DNA of 63,999 nt, filler included, from Octopus bimaculoides (lineage: Eukaryota), in the NCBI RefSeq assembly GCF_001194135.2. It is 7 parts of 7 records of this genome, joined end to end, with 100 filler letters (N's around TTAATTAATTAA, not from the genome) between each part and the next. Parts side by side here need not be neighbours in the genome. Positions count along the whole stretch, not along the records: positions 1 to 20,615 come from NC_068993.1; positions 20,716 to 26,212 come from NC_069006.1; 5 more parts are not named here. The stretch is one strand, 5' to 3'. Positions 11,364 through 23,530 of the stretch are shown piece after piece. The notes beneath the pieces are model-generated. The model did no database searches. It was given only the letters and a program-made list of their open reading frames with translations, and was not told the DNA's origin. Each line of letters starts with the position of its first letter. The stretch's first letter is position 1. A program made the position numbers and the translations under genes.

Positions 11364-12526
11364 CAAATTCCATATATTAAGTTGTGTGTACTCTTTCCCT
11401 CTGTTGCCAGTTGTAAAAAATTTTATATATATATTTTTTAATTTCAGTTAAAATTTTGTTTATTTTTGTTATGTTTGTTTAGTTTCTATAGTTGTTTTTG
11501 ATGATGTATCCTTCATCTCCATCTATTGATGATATTAATTGCCTATTTGGTGTATTCTTCAATGATATCACAACTGCTATTAAAAGATATTATTAGATAA
11601 AGTGAACTGCTGTTAATGGTGGCCTTAAATGACAGTTATACGTTCTTGTCTCAAAATCTATCGAAACCACAGCGTCAGATGTTCGAGTTGTTGACTGAAA
11701 CATTTGATAATCACCTTGTCTTCAAGATGCATTCCAGATGTTCAGTGACTTTCACTGACTCTAAGCTGTCAACTCTTATTCTACATTGACTGTTGAAGCA
11801 TATATAAATATATGAAACATCTATATCAAAGCTTCAAGAATTCACAAGTGTTTTAATGTAGATGACAACTGAAGAAGTGTATACTGAGCATTTACATTTT
11901 TTATGTGTGTGTCACACTTGAATATTTTCATTGTAGTTCAAATGTTAATATACTTACCTTTGCCAAAATTCTTGTTATCAAACAATTCATTGATGTTTCC
12001 ATTTATGCAGTCATTTATTTTTTTCAATAGCACATGTAAATTACAAAGTATAATTCAATTTCTCTTGAGTGCATGCAACCAAGATGGACTCAAATATACC
12101 TACAGTTTTTGAAGATGATTTTTTGTGTTTATAGCATCTTCCCCTTATTGTAGACTGTTCTTGCTGTTTGTTATATAGAAGTGGGGCTGGGGTCAGTTAG
12201 AATTTCCCACTTTAGGTGGCTAGATAGTTTTACTGAAGCTAGGCTAGTGAAAAATGACCCTGCTGCCTTCTCTGTGTATGCAGCTGAAGTATATTCTGTA
12301 TCACTGTTATATGTCCAGTGATATAGCATGTGGTCTGTTCAGTTACTGCAGTCATGCATGACTGCTGGACAGGAAATAATTATTCCTTTTGCAATTATTT
12401 CTTCTTTTGTAATTGCAATATAATTGAAATGATATATCTATATCAAGCTGATGGAATTTTCTGTTTTACATTGGAAATAGATGCCATTTTATCCCAATTC
12501 TGCTCATTCATCAACTCTGCATTATA

Positions 12527-12532
12527 AATAAA
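12527..12532 (+). promoter_or_regulatory. Candidate polyadenylation signal for the elongase 3' UTR
   Basis: AATAAA about 1.16 kb after the stop, with another at ~12718. AT-rich context makes chance hits likely. Confidence 0.3.
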
Positions 12533-13529
12533 AATTAATTAATGATTTAAATATTTTATATGTCAAACATTTAATTAATTCCATTGTTTTAAGTTCATTG
12601 AGTTTCATCTCATTTCAGAAGTTGTATCTATTTGACAAAGAAGGTAGATGACAATGAGGGTAGATCTTTTGAACAAAAAGCTCTTCACAAAGCTGTACTA
12701 AACAATTTCAACAAATTAATAAAATTAGTTACAAATAATAAAATCATTGGATTTTTTTTCTTTTAAGAAAAGAACATTTCAGTTTTCCGCTACTCAACTG
12801 CAATCTGTCTCTGCATTTCGTTCTCTTTTTTTTCTTTACCATCATCTATCTGTTAATTAGTGTCAACATATTTAACGTAGTGAGCAATGAAAGCTAATTA
12901 CAAATAATTATGCAATCATGAAAAGACAACATGATGAACTCACTGACTGATATTTTAATTATTTTGGCAATTATGGGAGACAACCGAGTCATTTCTTTTT
13001 GATTCATGCTTGAAAATAGGCTAATTTCCATACTTAAATCATGTACATTGTTTATGCCCTCCTCAACTGATAAATCCTCTGCTCCTTATTTTTTCTTTCT
13101 GTCTCTGTCTCTCTCCCTCCTCCCCTCTTTCTCCTCTCCTTTCATACATTTCGGTAAAGGAGAAGAATATCTTTGTCCTTTGTATTTTGAAGGACATGGT
13201 TTGAAACTTTGAGAAATTCTTCTTCAGTGGCATATGAATTAGAAAAATGAAAATGGCTGTGTGGTTAAGAACGTCACATTGTAACCACATAGTTTCAGGT
13301 TCAATCTCACTACATGCTACCTTGGGTAAGTGTCTTCTACAGCCCCAGACTGATTAATTTGGTAGGCAAAAACTACGTAGAGGCTTGTCATATATATAAA
13401 TATATATACATACACATGCATATATAGATATACACACTCATACATAGATATACTCATACACGTATACATAGATATACTCATACACGTATACATATAAATA
13501 CATACACATATGTGTATGTATATGTATGG

Positions 13530-13760
13530 TGATTGCTCTATCTTCACAGATGACTGCATCTCCTTGTGCTTCCTCATTGTCAATAGCATTTCTGACTTTT
13601 CATCCATGACCTCTCAGATGACCATTGAGTCCCATTACAGATTTGTATGGCTTGAAGCATAGGTGACAGACAAAAGTTACAACTTGCTGTGCACTTCCAA
13701 CCGTCCAGGTCAGCACACGTCAGCACTCTTTCATTACCACAGGGCTTTCAGTAGATGGAA
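13530..13760 (-). mobile_element. RTE-type LINE 3' end fragment
   Basis: Minus-strand FVCHLCFKPYKSVMGLNGHLRGHG* (13602-13682) resembles the terminal C2H2-like motif of RTE ORFs. Confidence 0.55.
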
Positions 13761-14582
13761 TGACAAATGAGGTCCTCATAAAGAGACATCCATATCCCAT
13801 TGGTCTATGAGTGGGACTCTGAGTGACCATAATTAGTACTTAGTAATAAGCTGAAGTAAGATGATTAGTAATTATGTGAAACCATAGGTTTTTACATTAG
13901 AGTGTCCTTCCCTTAGAAGGATTCTATGACAACAGCTAGGGGTCCCTAGCTTCCAGTGGTTTTACTTTTCGTCCTGACACCAACCTAAGGATTTTCTGCA
14001 TCCCCTACACTCGTATGCATTGTCAAGCAAATTGATCTCACTTCTTATTTTTGTAAGTCTTTCTGTTTGTTTGTCCCCACCCTTCACTTGGCAATGGGTG
14101 TTAGTTTGTTTACATTCCATAATGTAGCAGTTCAGCAAAAGAGACCAGTAGTACTGGGGTCAATTTGTTCTACTAAACCCTTCAAGGCACTGGGTGCTCC
14201 AGCATGGTCAAAGTCCATCGACTAAAACAAGTAAGAGATAAAAGATTACAAGAAAACAATTATTTTGCTGATAGTGGTGACAATCTAAATCTCTCTGGAT
14301 ACTGTAATTTTTATTTATAGAATGATTGTATCATCACTGCTTTTTCAGCAGGTACAGGAAGTTGTTTTCACTGAGGAGGTATAATAATATCGAAACATGT
14401 CTGGAGGTGTCTCTCCTTGTTGTGAAAAGAATTAAAATATCAGTTACTAAGCTGTGTTTCCCTCATTTACGTAATTATTTTTAGGCAGGTTTTTAATGTT
14501 TATTTAATTAAATATGTTAACTCTATCTAAATTTGCTTTCTCATCTTAGTGATTCATTTTCTAAAAATGTTTCTCTATATAC

Positions 14583-14960
14583 GCAGGTGTGGCTGTGTAG
14601 TAAGAAGCTTGCTTCACAACCACATGGTTTTGGGTTCAATCCCATTCTATAACACCATGGGCAAGTGTCTTCTACTGTGGCCCCAAGCCAATCAAACCCC
14701 TGTGAGTTGATTTGGTAGATAGAAACTGAAAGAGTCTGCGTGTGTGTGAGTGTGTGTTCCACTACCTCTTGGCAAGTGGTGTTGGTTTGTTTACATTCCT
14801 GTAAATTAGCGGTTTGGCAAAAGAAACCACTACAATAAGTACCAGGCTTAAAAAAAAACAAATAAACAAAACAAAACAAACGAGTACTGGGGTCAGTCTG
14901 TTTGGCTAGACCTTTGAAAGCAGTGTCCCAGCATGGCTACAAACCAATGGTTGAAGCCCT
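14583..14960 (+). mobile_element. Family-1 SINE, diverged full-length copy
   Basis: gcaggtgtggctgtgtagtaagaagcttgc head, core and tail homologous to 30204-30670. Confidence 0.8.
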
Positions 14961-15371
14961 TCTCTGTGCTTTCCTCCTTCCTTACTAGGAAAATCCAGGC
15001 AAACTTTTTCTATTCTTTAGTCAGAAGGAGAAGGTGCAGTGCCTAATGTCCTTTCTAAAATCTCATCTCTAGGTCAGCCGCGAATGGATTTCAATCCGTA
15101 ACTACCTCGTCTCTTATTCTGGTTTACATTATGGCGTATTTTCCTCACTGCATAACAATAATTTTTAATTAACATTTTGATGTTCACTGCATTTCGACGG
15201 AGATCGTTCTGATATTCTATCGGGATTAATATAACGATTAATATCATGATAACAGTTTTTAAAAGTGTGTTTAAGAATCATTGCTGTCTTGGTTTGAAGG
15301 AGACTTGGTTGCTCTGGCAAGTCGACTAATCACATTAGAACTCACTCCTTTATTTTTGGTAGTTGTTGCGT

Positions 15372-15744
15372 GGAGGCGCGATGGCCCAGTGGTTAGGGCA
15401 GCGGACTCACGGTCTTAGGATCGCGGTTTTGATTCCCAGACCGGGCGTTGTGAGTGTTTATTGAGCGAAAACACCTAAAGTCCCACGAGGCTCCGGCAGG
15501 GGATGGTGGCGAACCCTGCTGTACTCTTTCACCACAACTTTCTCTCACTCTTACTTCCTGTTTTTGTTGTGCCTGTAATTCAAAAGGTCAGCCTTGTCAC
15601 ACTGTGTCACGCTGAATATCCCCCAGAACTACGTTAAGGGTACACGTGTTTGTGCACGTTAATTTCACGAGCAGGCTGTTCCGTTGATCGGATTAACTGG
15701 AATCCTCGACGTCGTAAGCGACGGAGTGCCGACAACAACAACAA
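15372..15744 (+). mobile_element. tRNA-derived SINE (family 3), well-preserved copy
   Basis: GGAGGCGCGATGGCCCAGTGGTTAGGGCAGCGGACTC tRNA-like head with A-box, degenerate B-box, (ACA)n tail, CpGs retained. Confidence 0.85.
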
Positions 15745-17559
15745 TAGTTGATGCAGATGATGTTCTGTGGGTTAAAGTTTGTTCGAGCGTAAGTGTGTCC
15801 GGAGGGAATTCCGGATGATAGTATTAAGTATTTAAAAGAAAAAAAAAAAAAAGAACTAAGGGACATAACTCCTTGTTTTATAATAGTTGAAAAATATAAG
15901 TGAAAATCTAACGTGGCACGTTGAATTGCGAGAGATGAAAGGAGATGGTGTGCAGCTTGCAATTGAGAGGAACTGTTGTCATTTAACACCGGATGTTATC
16001 TGACCGTGAAAACGTTCCATCCATAACTACTCCGTCTTATTTTCGGATATGGTGTGCTCCGCATGTCATAATCCATTGTAAAACTTTCTTTTAAGGCGTA
16101 GTGTGTGATTTTAAAGAAAATTTTGTTGCTTTTTATAGTATATCAAGCCACCATACAAAAGCTTTCCACATTTGCTCATTAAGCCGTTGAAGTAAAAGTA
16201 AAGAAGGACAGAGTAGAAACAATGAATTTTTATCATTCAGCGGGATGGCCGTTTAAATAACGTGGCTTGTGCGGATTATCTAAATATATATTTAATTGCT
16301 CTTGAACGAGGTAACCTCAACGTGATCGCTTGACCAATGATATCTAGAAGCCCCTTACGCCTTCCTCCGTTATAGTTTTAAGCTTTAAATAGTGAATAAT
16401 ACACTAGGCAAAATCATACGGAAAGAAGGGTGAGTTATGGCTAGAACGCTTTTGCTCATAGGTGCTTGTAGGAGCAGGAATGGGTGTGTGGTGAAGAAGT
16501 TCGCTTCTCATGTAGTTCTGATTTCAGTCCTACTGTGCGACATCTTGGGTGTGTCTTCTACTACAGTCCCAGACCGACCAATTCTACTTCACGTTAGTTT
16601 CATGTTCTGTCGTCTGGTGGATGCAGAAAATATTGCAAATGAATGTCTCTCGTTAAAAATTCAGCCCCCATAAAAACGTGTTTTTTATAAGCCTAAAATT
16701 ACCAGCAAATCAATGAATAGTTATTGATGAGATGTCTTTAAGATGGTTGTACTCAGCCTACAAAATTATTTTTATTATAGTTCTTGAGACAATAACAAAG
16801 GAATTCAGGACTGGATATTATTGGAGCGTTTTATATGCTGATGATTTATTTGCCCGTTGTAAAATCTGCTGAAGAGATTTTAATAAAACTGCAAGATCTC
16901 CCATATTCCAGAACTTCAACTGTGCCAAATGTACAGAAGTAGCGATAGAATCCTTGATGAAACGAAGCCAATGAACTGCTCCCATAACTTGTGGAAGGTT
17001 GTAGATAGTCACCATTTCATAGGTGATCTTAATGCAGAATGTGGTTGCAGTGAAACGAAAAAGAAGTTAAAATAGGAGGAAGAAGTGAATGAAGTTTAGG
17101 TAGATCTTGCTCCAGATATTGTTATCAACGAATAGCACACAAGAGAGACGTTGTGGAACATGTGTAAGAAGAGTGATGCTGCATGGCGTATCGATGAGAT
17201 ACGTTGGATACACAATGCTACCGTGCATTGAGATCATTGGCCAATGCATGTAGGACAGATAACTTTATAGAATATGAAATGTTACTATATAGATTGTGTG
17301 GACATAGAACATAAATAGACATGTAAAAAAAAGTACTGCATGGTTAAAAGTACAAGGCAGCTACTTACAACATTTCATCTATTCTTTTACAGATTTGCAC
17401 CTAAGTTAGGAATGAATAAGAAAGATATGAATTTCCCACCGTATGGCTGAGGCTCCCTAACCCTAACTGTAACAGAATACATCTTAGTTTCTGAATGTAG
17501 TCGTTGGTTGGAAACGAAATCGTATTTTCAGTCACATTATATATATAAATATATATATA

Positions 17560-17855
17560 AAGGGTAAAGACCCCCTTCGGTCAGGATTGACCATGGGATC
17601 GCATCTAGAAAGTTACCCTCCGAGGCACAAGTCCAAACAAAGTTGTTTATGGAAGACCAGCAGTTGCCCATCCATACCAGCCTCCCCTCTTCACGCCACC
17701 GATGTTATCTAAGGGAAAGGCAAAAACTGATACAGCTTGGTATCAGTGACGTCACAACTCATTTCTACAGCTGAGTGAACTGGAACAACATGAAATAAAG
17801 TGTCTTATTTAAGAACACAACTCAGCCCGGTCCGGGAATCGAACTCACTATTGTG
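17560..17855 (-). mobile_element. tRNA-headed SINE-like repeat with a second copy at 57730-58060
   Basis: aagggtaaagaccccctt...gatacagcttgg...ctacagctgagtgaactgg...aataaagtgtctt alignable between the two loci. Confidence 0.8.
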
Positions 17856-17876
17856 AACTATGCGCCTTCACCCCCA

Positions 17877-17919
<43 letters not shown>

Positions 17920-18284
17920 GTGTATGTGTGTGTGCGTGTGTTGAACTATATTATTTAGCGTGTTTTATTTTGGACTATAATACCACTGAGGTCAACTTGG
18001 CCTTTCAATCTTTCGAGGTCGATGAAATAAAGTATCAGTCAATCACTGGGGTTGATGTAGTCGACAGTCCCTCTCCCCATAAAATGGTTGATCTTTTGCC
18101 AAAATTTGAAACCATTATTTTGAACTATAAATTAATATATTGAAATATATGGTTCGATATACTGTAATATATCGAGTTGTTTATATTTATCTATTATAAA
18201 GTCAACCTCGGCGGAATTTGAACACAGAAACCTAAGGACGAACAAAATGTCCCGAAGCATCTCGCCCGGTGTACTAACGATTCT

Positions 18285-18520
18285 TATTTCTTTATTGCCC
18301 ACAAGGGGCTAAACATAGAGGCGGCAAACAAGGACAGACAAAGGGATTAAGTCGATTACATCGATCTCAGTGCGCAACTGGTACTTATTTATCGACCCCG
18401 AAAGGATGAAAGGCAAAGTCGACCTCGGCGGAATTTGAACTCAGAACGTAATAGCAGACGAAATGCCGCTAAGCATTTCACCCGGTGTACTAACAATTCT
18501 ACCAGCTCGCTGCTTTAAAT
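18285..18520 (-). mobile_element. Family-2 SINE carrying the TGTCCCCTCTGTGTTTAGCCCCTTGTGGGCAATAAAG-type tail
   Basis: Head, core and tail match 34955-35145 in reverse orientation. Confidence 0.85.
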
Positions 18521-19324
18521 GCATCTATAATATATTGAAGTATGCTATTTAATGCATCCTATTATGATTGCAAAGTCATTAAACATAAATTTTGCTGCTA
18601 TTTTTAGCAAATCGAACGATCACCTAAAGGCTCTCTCTTTTTTGGTTGTGCGTATGATTGCGTGTGTGTAATTGGTAAAACTGAACTAAAATTGTCACCA
18701 GATATGAAAAAAAAAAAAAGAGTTAAAACGAATGAGTTACCGCCCCTGCATTAACTATTTATCATTTGCTCGTTACAAAATCTGTGACACTTTCGCTCTT
18801 ATTTCCCAATAAATTGATTAACTATTGGTTTCTTATATATCTTTAAGGTTGGGAAAATACATTAAAAATGCAACTGAAATTAAATTACGTTCAACAACAA
18901 CGGAATCTATACGAAGGTTATTTCTCCTTTTACAACATTCACAATTTAGTAAGGTAAATATTAAAATAAAAAAAAGAAAATTTGTTCATAAACAAAAACC
19001 AGTAATGTAGTTGTGTTGGCATCGGTCAGTTTGATCCAGTGGTTCTTAATCACTCACTCCACCCCATCTTTTTTTTTTGTATCCAAGATAACCTTCCATC
19101 TTTCTATTTGGTTTTATTATTCCAATATTTTGCTTAGTCACAGCGATACTAATAATCTGGCGTTAGAACTCAATATACGAATGTTTCAGTGGAAAGCGTT
19201 GGTCGAGCACAGAGCGTGTCATAAGAGAAAGTACGCAATTATGAGTACACTGCATCTTGAAGCCGAAACAACTGTAAGCTAATGAACTTCATTACATAAT
19301 TGTTTGTCCAATATTCATTTATAT

Positions 19325-19535
19325 AATCTCTTTACTCTTTACTCTTTTGCTTGTTTCAGTCATTTGACTGCGACCATGCTGGAGCACCACCTTTAGTCGA
19401 GAAAATCGACCCCAGGACTTACTCTTTGTAGGCCTAGTACTTATTCTACCGGTCTCTTTTTGCCGAACCGCCATGTTACGGGGACGTAAACACACCGGCA
19501 TCGGTTGTCAAGCGATGGTGGGGAGGACAAACACA

Positions 19536-19584
<49 letters not shown>

Positions 19585-19730
19585 TTATACATATATAGGA
19601 CGGGCTTCTTTCAGTTTCCGTCTACCAAATCCACTCACAAGGCTTTGGTCGGCCCGAGGCTATAGTAGAAGACACTTGCCCAGGGTGCCACGCAGTGGGA
19701 CTGAACCCGGAACTATGTGGTTGGTACGAG
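19325..19730 (-). mobile_element. Family-1 SINE, near full length
   Basis: High identity to 20200-20586 and 25186-25590, with an internal (CA)n. Confidence 0.9.
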
Positions 19731-20140
19731 CTAGGAGAATCATTTGCACGCCTGGTAAAAATGCTTAGCGGTATTTCGTCGGGGTTTACATTCTGAGTTC
19801 AAATTCCGCTGAAATCGACTTTGCCTTCTATCCTTTTAGAATTGATAAAATTAGAAACTGTTGAGTATTTGGGTCGATGTACTGAACTAGCTACATCCCC
19901 AATTTTAGGCGTTGTACGTATAGTGGAAAGAATTATATATTCATCAATGTTTTTTTTAAAGACAATACGGTTGTTGATACTGGGCATAGGTCTGATGGAA
20001 CTGCTCAATGATCTCAAAACATTCCAGTCCTGATCACTCTGTCTTCTTTTCTAAATGTAGGGCGCCAAGGATCACGTTATTAAACGTGTCCTGTACGAAA
20101 ATAGTACGGTCGGTATGATCGGAAGAAACCGGCCTGAGCA

Positions 20141-20181
<41 letters not shown>

Positions 20182-20199
20182 CGAATATATATATGTATA

Positions 20200-20586
20200 T
20201 ATACTCTTTTACTTGTTTCAGTCATTTGACTGTGGCCATGCTGGAGCACCGCCTTTAATCGAGCAAATCGACCCCAGGACTTATTCTTTGTAAGCCTAGT
20301 ACTTATTCTATCGGTGCTTTTTGCCGAACCGCTAAGTTACGGGGACGTAAACACACTAGCATCGGTTGTCAAGCGGTGTTGGGGGGGACAAACACAGACA
20401 CACACACATTTATACATATATAGGACGGGCTTCTTTCAGTTTCCGTCTACTAAATCTACTCACAAGGCTTTGGTCGGCCCGAGGCTATAGTAGAAGACAC
20501 TTGCCCAAGGTGCCACGCAGTGGGACTGAACCCAGAACCATGTGGTTGGTAAGCAAGCTACTTACCACAAAGCCACTCCTACGCCT
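20200..20586 (-). mobile_element. Family-1 SINE, full length, young
   Basis: Minus-strand head AGGCGTAGGAGTGGCT..GTGGTAAG, B-box GGGTTCAGTCCC, tail GTAAAAGAG. Confidence 0.92.
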
Positions 20587-20659
20587 ATATCTATCTATCT
20601 ATCTATCTATACTTGNNNNNNNNNNNNNNNNNNNNNNNNNNNNNNNNNNNNNNNNNNNN

Positions 20660-20671
20660 TTAATTAATTAA
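20660..20671. other. Synthetic six-frame-stop linker TTAATTAATTAA between N runs (also 26257, 37416, 46260, 50548, 62909)
   Basis: Identical 12-mer embedded in N padding of about 40-55 bases each side at six positions. Confidence 0.95.
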
Positions 20672-20715
20672 NNNNNNNNNNNNNNNNNNNNNNNNNNNNN
20701 NNNNNNNNNNNNNNN

Positions 20716-20757
<42 letters not shown>

Positions 20758-20789
20758 TCATACACACACATATATACATATATACATAT

Positions 20790-21460
20790 GACTCCATAAC
20801 TACCGTCTCGGCTATAACCTTGGAGCCCCAGTAATCTGTTACCGCACTTACCTAGCGGACCTAACCACGCCAAATTCCACGACGTGGACCAAAGTCTTGG
20901 TTTACACGATCCCCGGAACATTCAGTTGTATAACTGCTAAATACCTGTTATTTTGCTTACTGCGTATCTTCTTCAGTCAGAAGTATTTTTTTTTTCCTTT
21001 TGAGAAAAACCAGAACATATTTGATTCCACGGGATGCTTCAATTTGTTCAACAGTTTCTTGGCCCTCTTCATACGGTTCTCTTCGGAGCTCTGAGTGAGC
21101 AGCTCTCCTGTTTGTATCTTGTAAGATTTGTAACGAAGGTTTTAATTCACTCAAGCCTTAAAAGTCTCCTCATCAACAGCCGTATTGCCTAGCAACAACG
21201 CGTATCCCAATGGAGGGGGTCTTCGTAAATAAACTGCTCAACATTCGCGATGAAATCGGCATCTCTTACGCTTTTCATACAGCGATTATGAGTTTTCTTA
21301 GCAAACACAGTGTCAATGTCAAAGTTATTATCCTTCCTCACATTCTGGACTGTGCGCAGTGGGAGCTTTAAGATGTCAACATTGGCTTTGTAATTCAAGC
21401 TGCTACACATTGCATGCACCACCGCTTTCGCTTTTCATAATTCGCGCAACTTGTATTCAT
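20790..21460 (-). mobile_element. Tc1/mariner (maT/DD37D-like) transposase N-terminal fragment
   Basis: Frameshifted LKLPLRTVQNVRK...VRDADFIANVEQFIYEDP, then NLRYKSYKIQTGELLTQSSEENRMKRAKKLLNKLKHPVESNMFWFFS. The first catalytic Asp appears lost. Confidence 0.7.
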
Positions 21461-21608
21461 TTAATCTGACTAAGTTGACCCTAATTTCTAAAGTAAGTTA
21501 CAATCTGAACTGAAAGCAATATTAGTCTTGATCATAGCTTCCAAAACAGTAATTCATTTTTCGTTTGCTTAAACAGAGGCGTCAATTTAAAACTCGCACC
21601 CTGTACAT

Positions 21609-21988
21609 GCACATACATACATACATACATACATTCATGCATACATACATACATTCATGCATGCATACATACATTCATGCATGCATACACACATACCTAC
21701 ATACATCCATACATACATACATATATACATTCATACATCCATCCATCCATCCATCCATACATACATACATACATCCATACATACATACATATATACATTC
21801 ATACATCCATCCATCCATACATACATACATACATACATACATCCATACATACATACATATATACATTCATACATCCATCCATCCATCCATACATACATAC
21901 ATACATACATACATCCATACATACATACATATATACATTCATACATTCATACATCCATACATACATACATACATACATACATACATAC
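21609..21988. repeat. Compound (TACA/TCCA)n microsatellite
   Basis: Directly visible; source of the HTYI/MYVC pseudo-ORFs. Similar tracts at 37600-37790 and 62790-62864. Confidence 0.98.
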
Positions 21989-22212
21989 GTCACTGAATCT
22001 ACATCAGGAATTCTACTGTGTCCGTTGAGTTTATAATGAATGGCAGGAACGGAAAAGGATTAGGTACGAATCTTTATTTAAGACAACGATCGTTTCGACC
22101 CATCCTGTAGCTGTCCCAATATCGCACTCTTAAGGGACAGATGCAGGATGGGTCGAAACGATCGTTGTGCAGAATAAAGATTCTTGCTAACTCCATTTTC
22201 CGTTTCCCCCAT

Positions 22213-22252
<40 letters not shown>

Positions 22253-23031
22253 CATAATTTAGAGAAAATAACCACAATTCTTGAACTCATCCATGAAAAT
22301 CCACAGTCACATATAGAAAAATTTGATAAGTAAATACTCTAAAAAGATCTATAATAAAAATGCAAAGTAATAAATATAAAAATAATAAAATAATATTATT
22401 TTATTATTATTTTATCATTTTTATATTTATTACTTTGTATTTTTATTATAGATCTTTTTAGAGTATTTACTTATCAAATTTTTCTATATGTGACTGGATT
22501 TTCAAGGATGAGTTCAAGNNNNNNNNNNNNNNNNNNNNNNNNNNNNNNNNNNNNNNNNNNNNNNNNNNNNNNNNNNNNNNNNNNNNNNNNNNNNNNNNNN
22601 NNNNNNNNNNNNNNNNNNNNNNNNNNNNNNNNNNNNNNNNNNNNNNNNNNNNNNNNNNNNNNNNNNNNNNNNNNNNNNNNNNNNNNNNNNNNNNNNNNNN
22701 NNNNNNNNNNNNNNNNNNNNNNNNNNNNNNNNNNNNNNNNNNNNNNNNNNNNNNNNNNNNNNNNNNNNNNNNNNNNNNNNNNNNNNNNNNNNNNNNNNNN
22801 NNNNNNNNNNNNNNNNNNNNNNNNNNNNNNNNNNNNNNNNNNNNNNNNNNNNNNNNNNNNNNNNNNNNNNNNNNNNNNNNNNNNNNNNNNNNNNNNNNNN
22901 NNNNNNNNNNNNNGACGTACAGGGATTATATATTAGAAAAAATAATAATCAGGTACTCAGATGTATATTTACAGATTTTTATTCATGTCACATGTTTTGT
23001 AAATTAGCGCTTTCACCTAGTCTTGTAGTCT

Positions 23032-23103
<72 letters not shown>

Positions 23104-23322
23104 CAGGTGAACACGTAAGTGCAAAACAAGATTGAAAAAATAGTACTCGAATACCAAAGGTAGAACAAAGAGCTTTTATTACAGTTGCAAAGTTGTCACA
23201 AGAAGTGTTACCCAGAGTTTTACGTTCTCGTTCGACGGACAGTCACAGCATATAAATTATTAAAAGGTGGCTTATTCACAATTTACAACCGAAAGGCACA
23301 AGTACAGACGTCTCTAAGGCGT

Positions 23323-23370
23323 TTAGGGTTAGGGTTAGGGTTAGGGTTAGGGTTAGGGTTAGGGTTAGGG
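23323..23370 (+). repeat. Interstitial telomeric repeat (TTAGGG)8
   Basis: Eight perfect hexamers counted. Confidence 0.98.
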
Positions 23371-23479
23371 TGCTAGTTAGCTCCAGCATTGCTAGAAATA
23401 AGAGTCAGAACAGCTCTTAGCCACGGAGAAGCACCTAATGATTGACAAGGGAGACAAGCCCCCTACAGCAAACGACTCA

Positions 23480-23530
23480 GAGCCAAATCATCGATGATTT
23501 CGGATCTGTTTGATCTTCATCAGTGTCTTT
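23480..23530 (-). ncRNA. Candidate minimal type I hammerhead ribozyme
   Basis: Minus strand aaagaca-CTGATGA-a-gatc-aaaca-gatc-c-GAAA-tca-tcga-tgat-t-tggct. Intact core, 4-bp stem II, palindromic stem III, AUU site, stem I 4/5 paired. Confidence 0.6.

Noticed and set aside
15372-15445. tRNA gene
   Set aside because: The tRNA-like head continues into a multi-copy SINE body, the B-box is degenerate and there is no acceptor stem or terminator.
21565-22036. Long ORFs rich in HTYI/MYVC
   Set aside because: Translations of a (TACA)n microsatellite. The same applies at 37585-37861, 60720-61245 and 62428-62920.
22490-22936. ORFs over 140 aa with poly-X
   Set aside because: They run through N gaps (also 34432, 39425, 48944, 60049); no sequence support.
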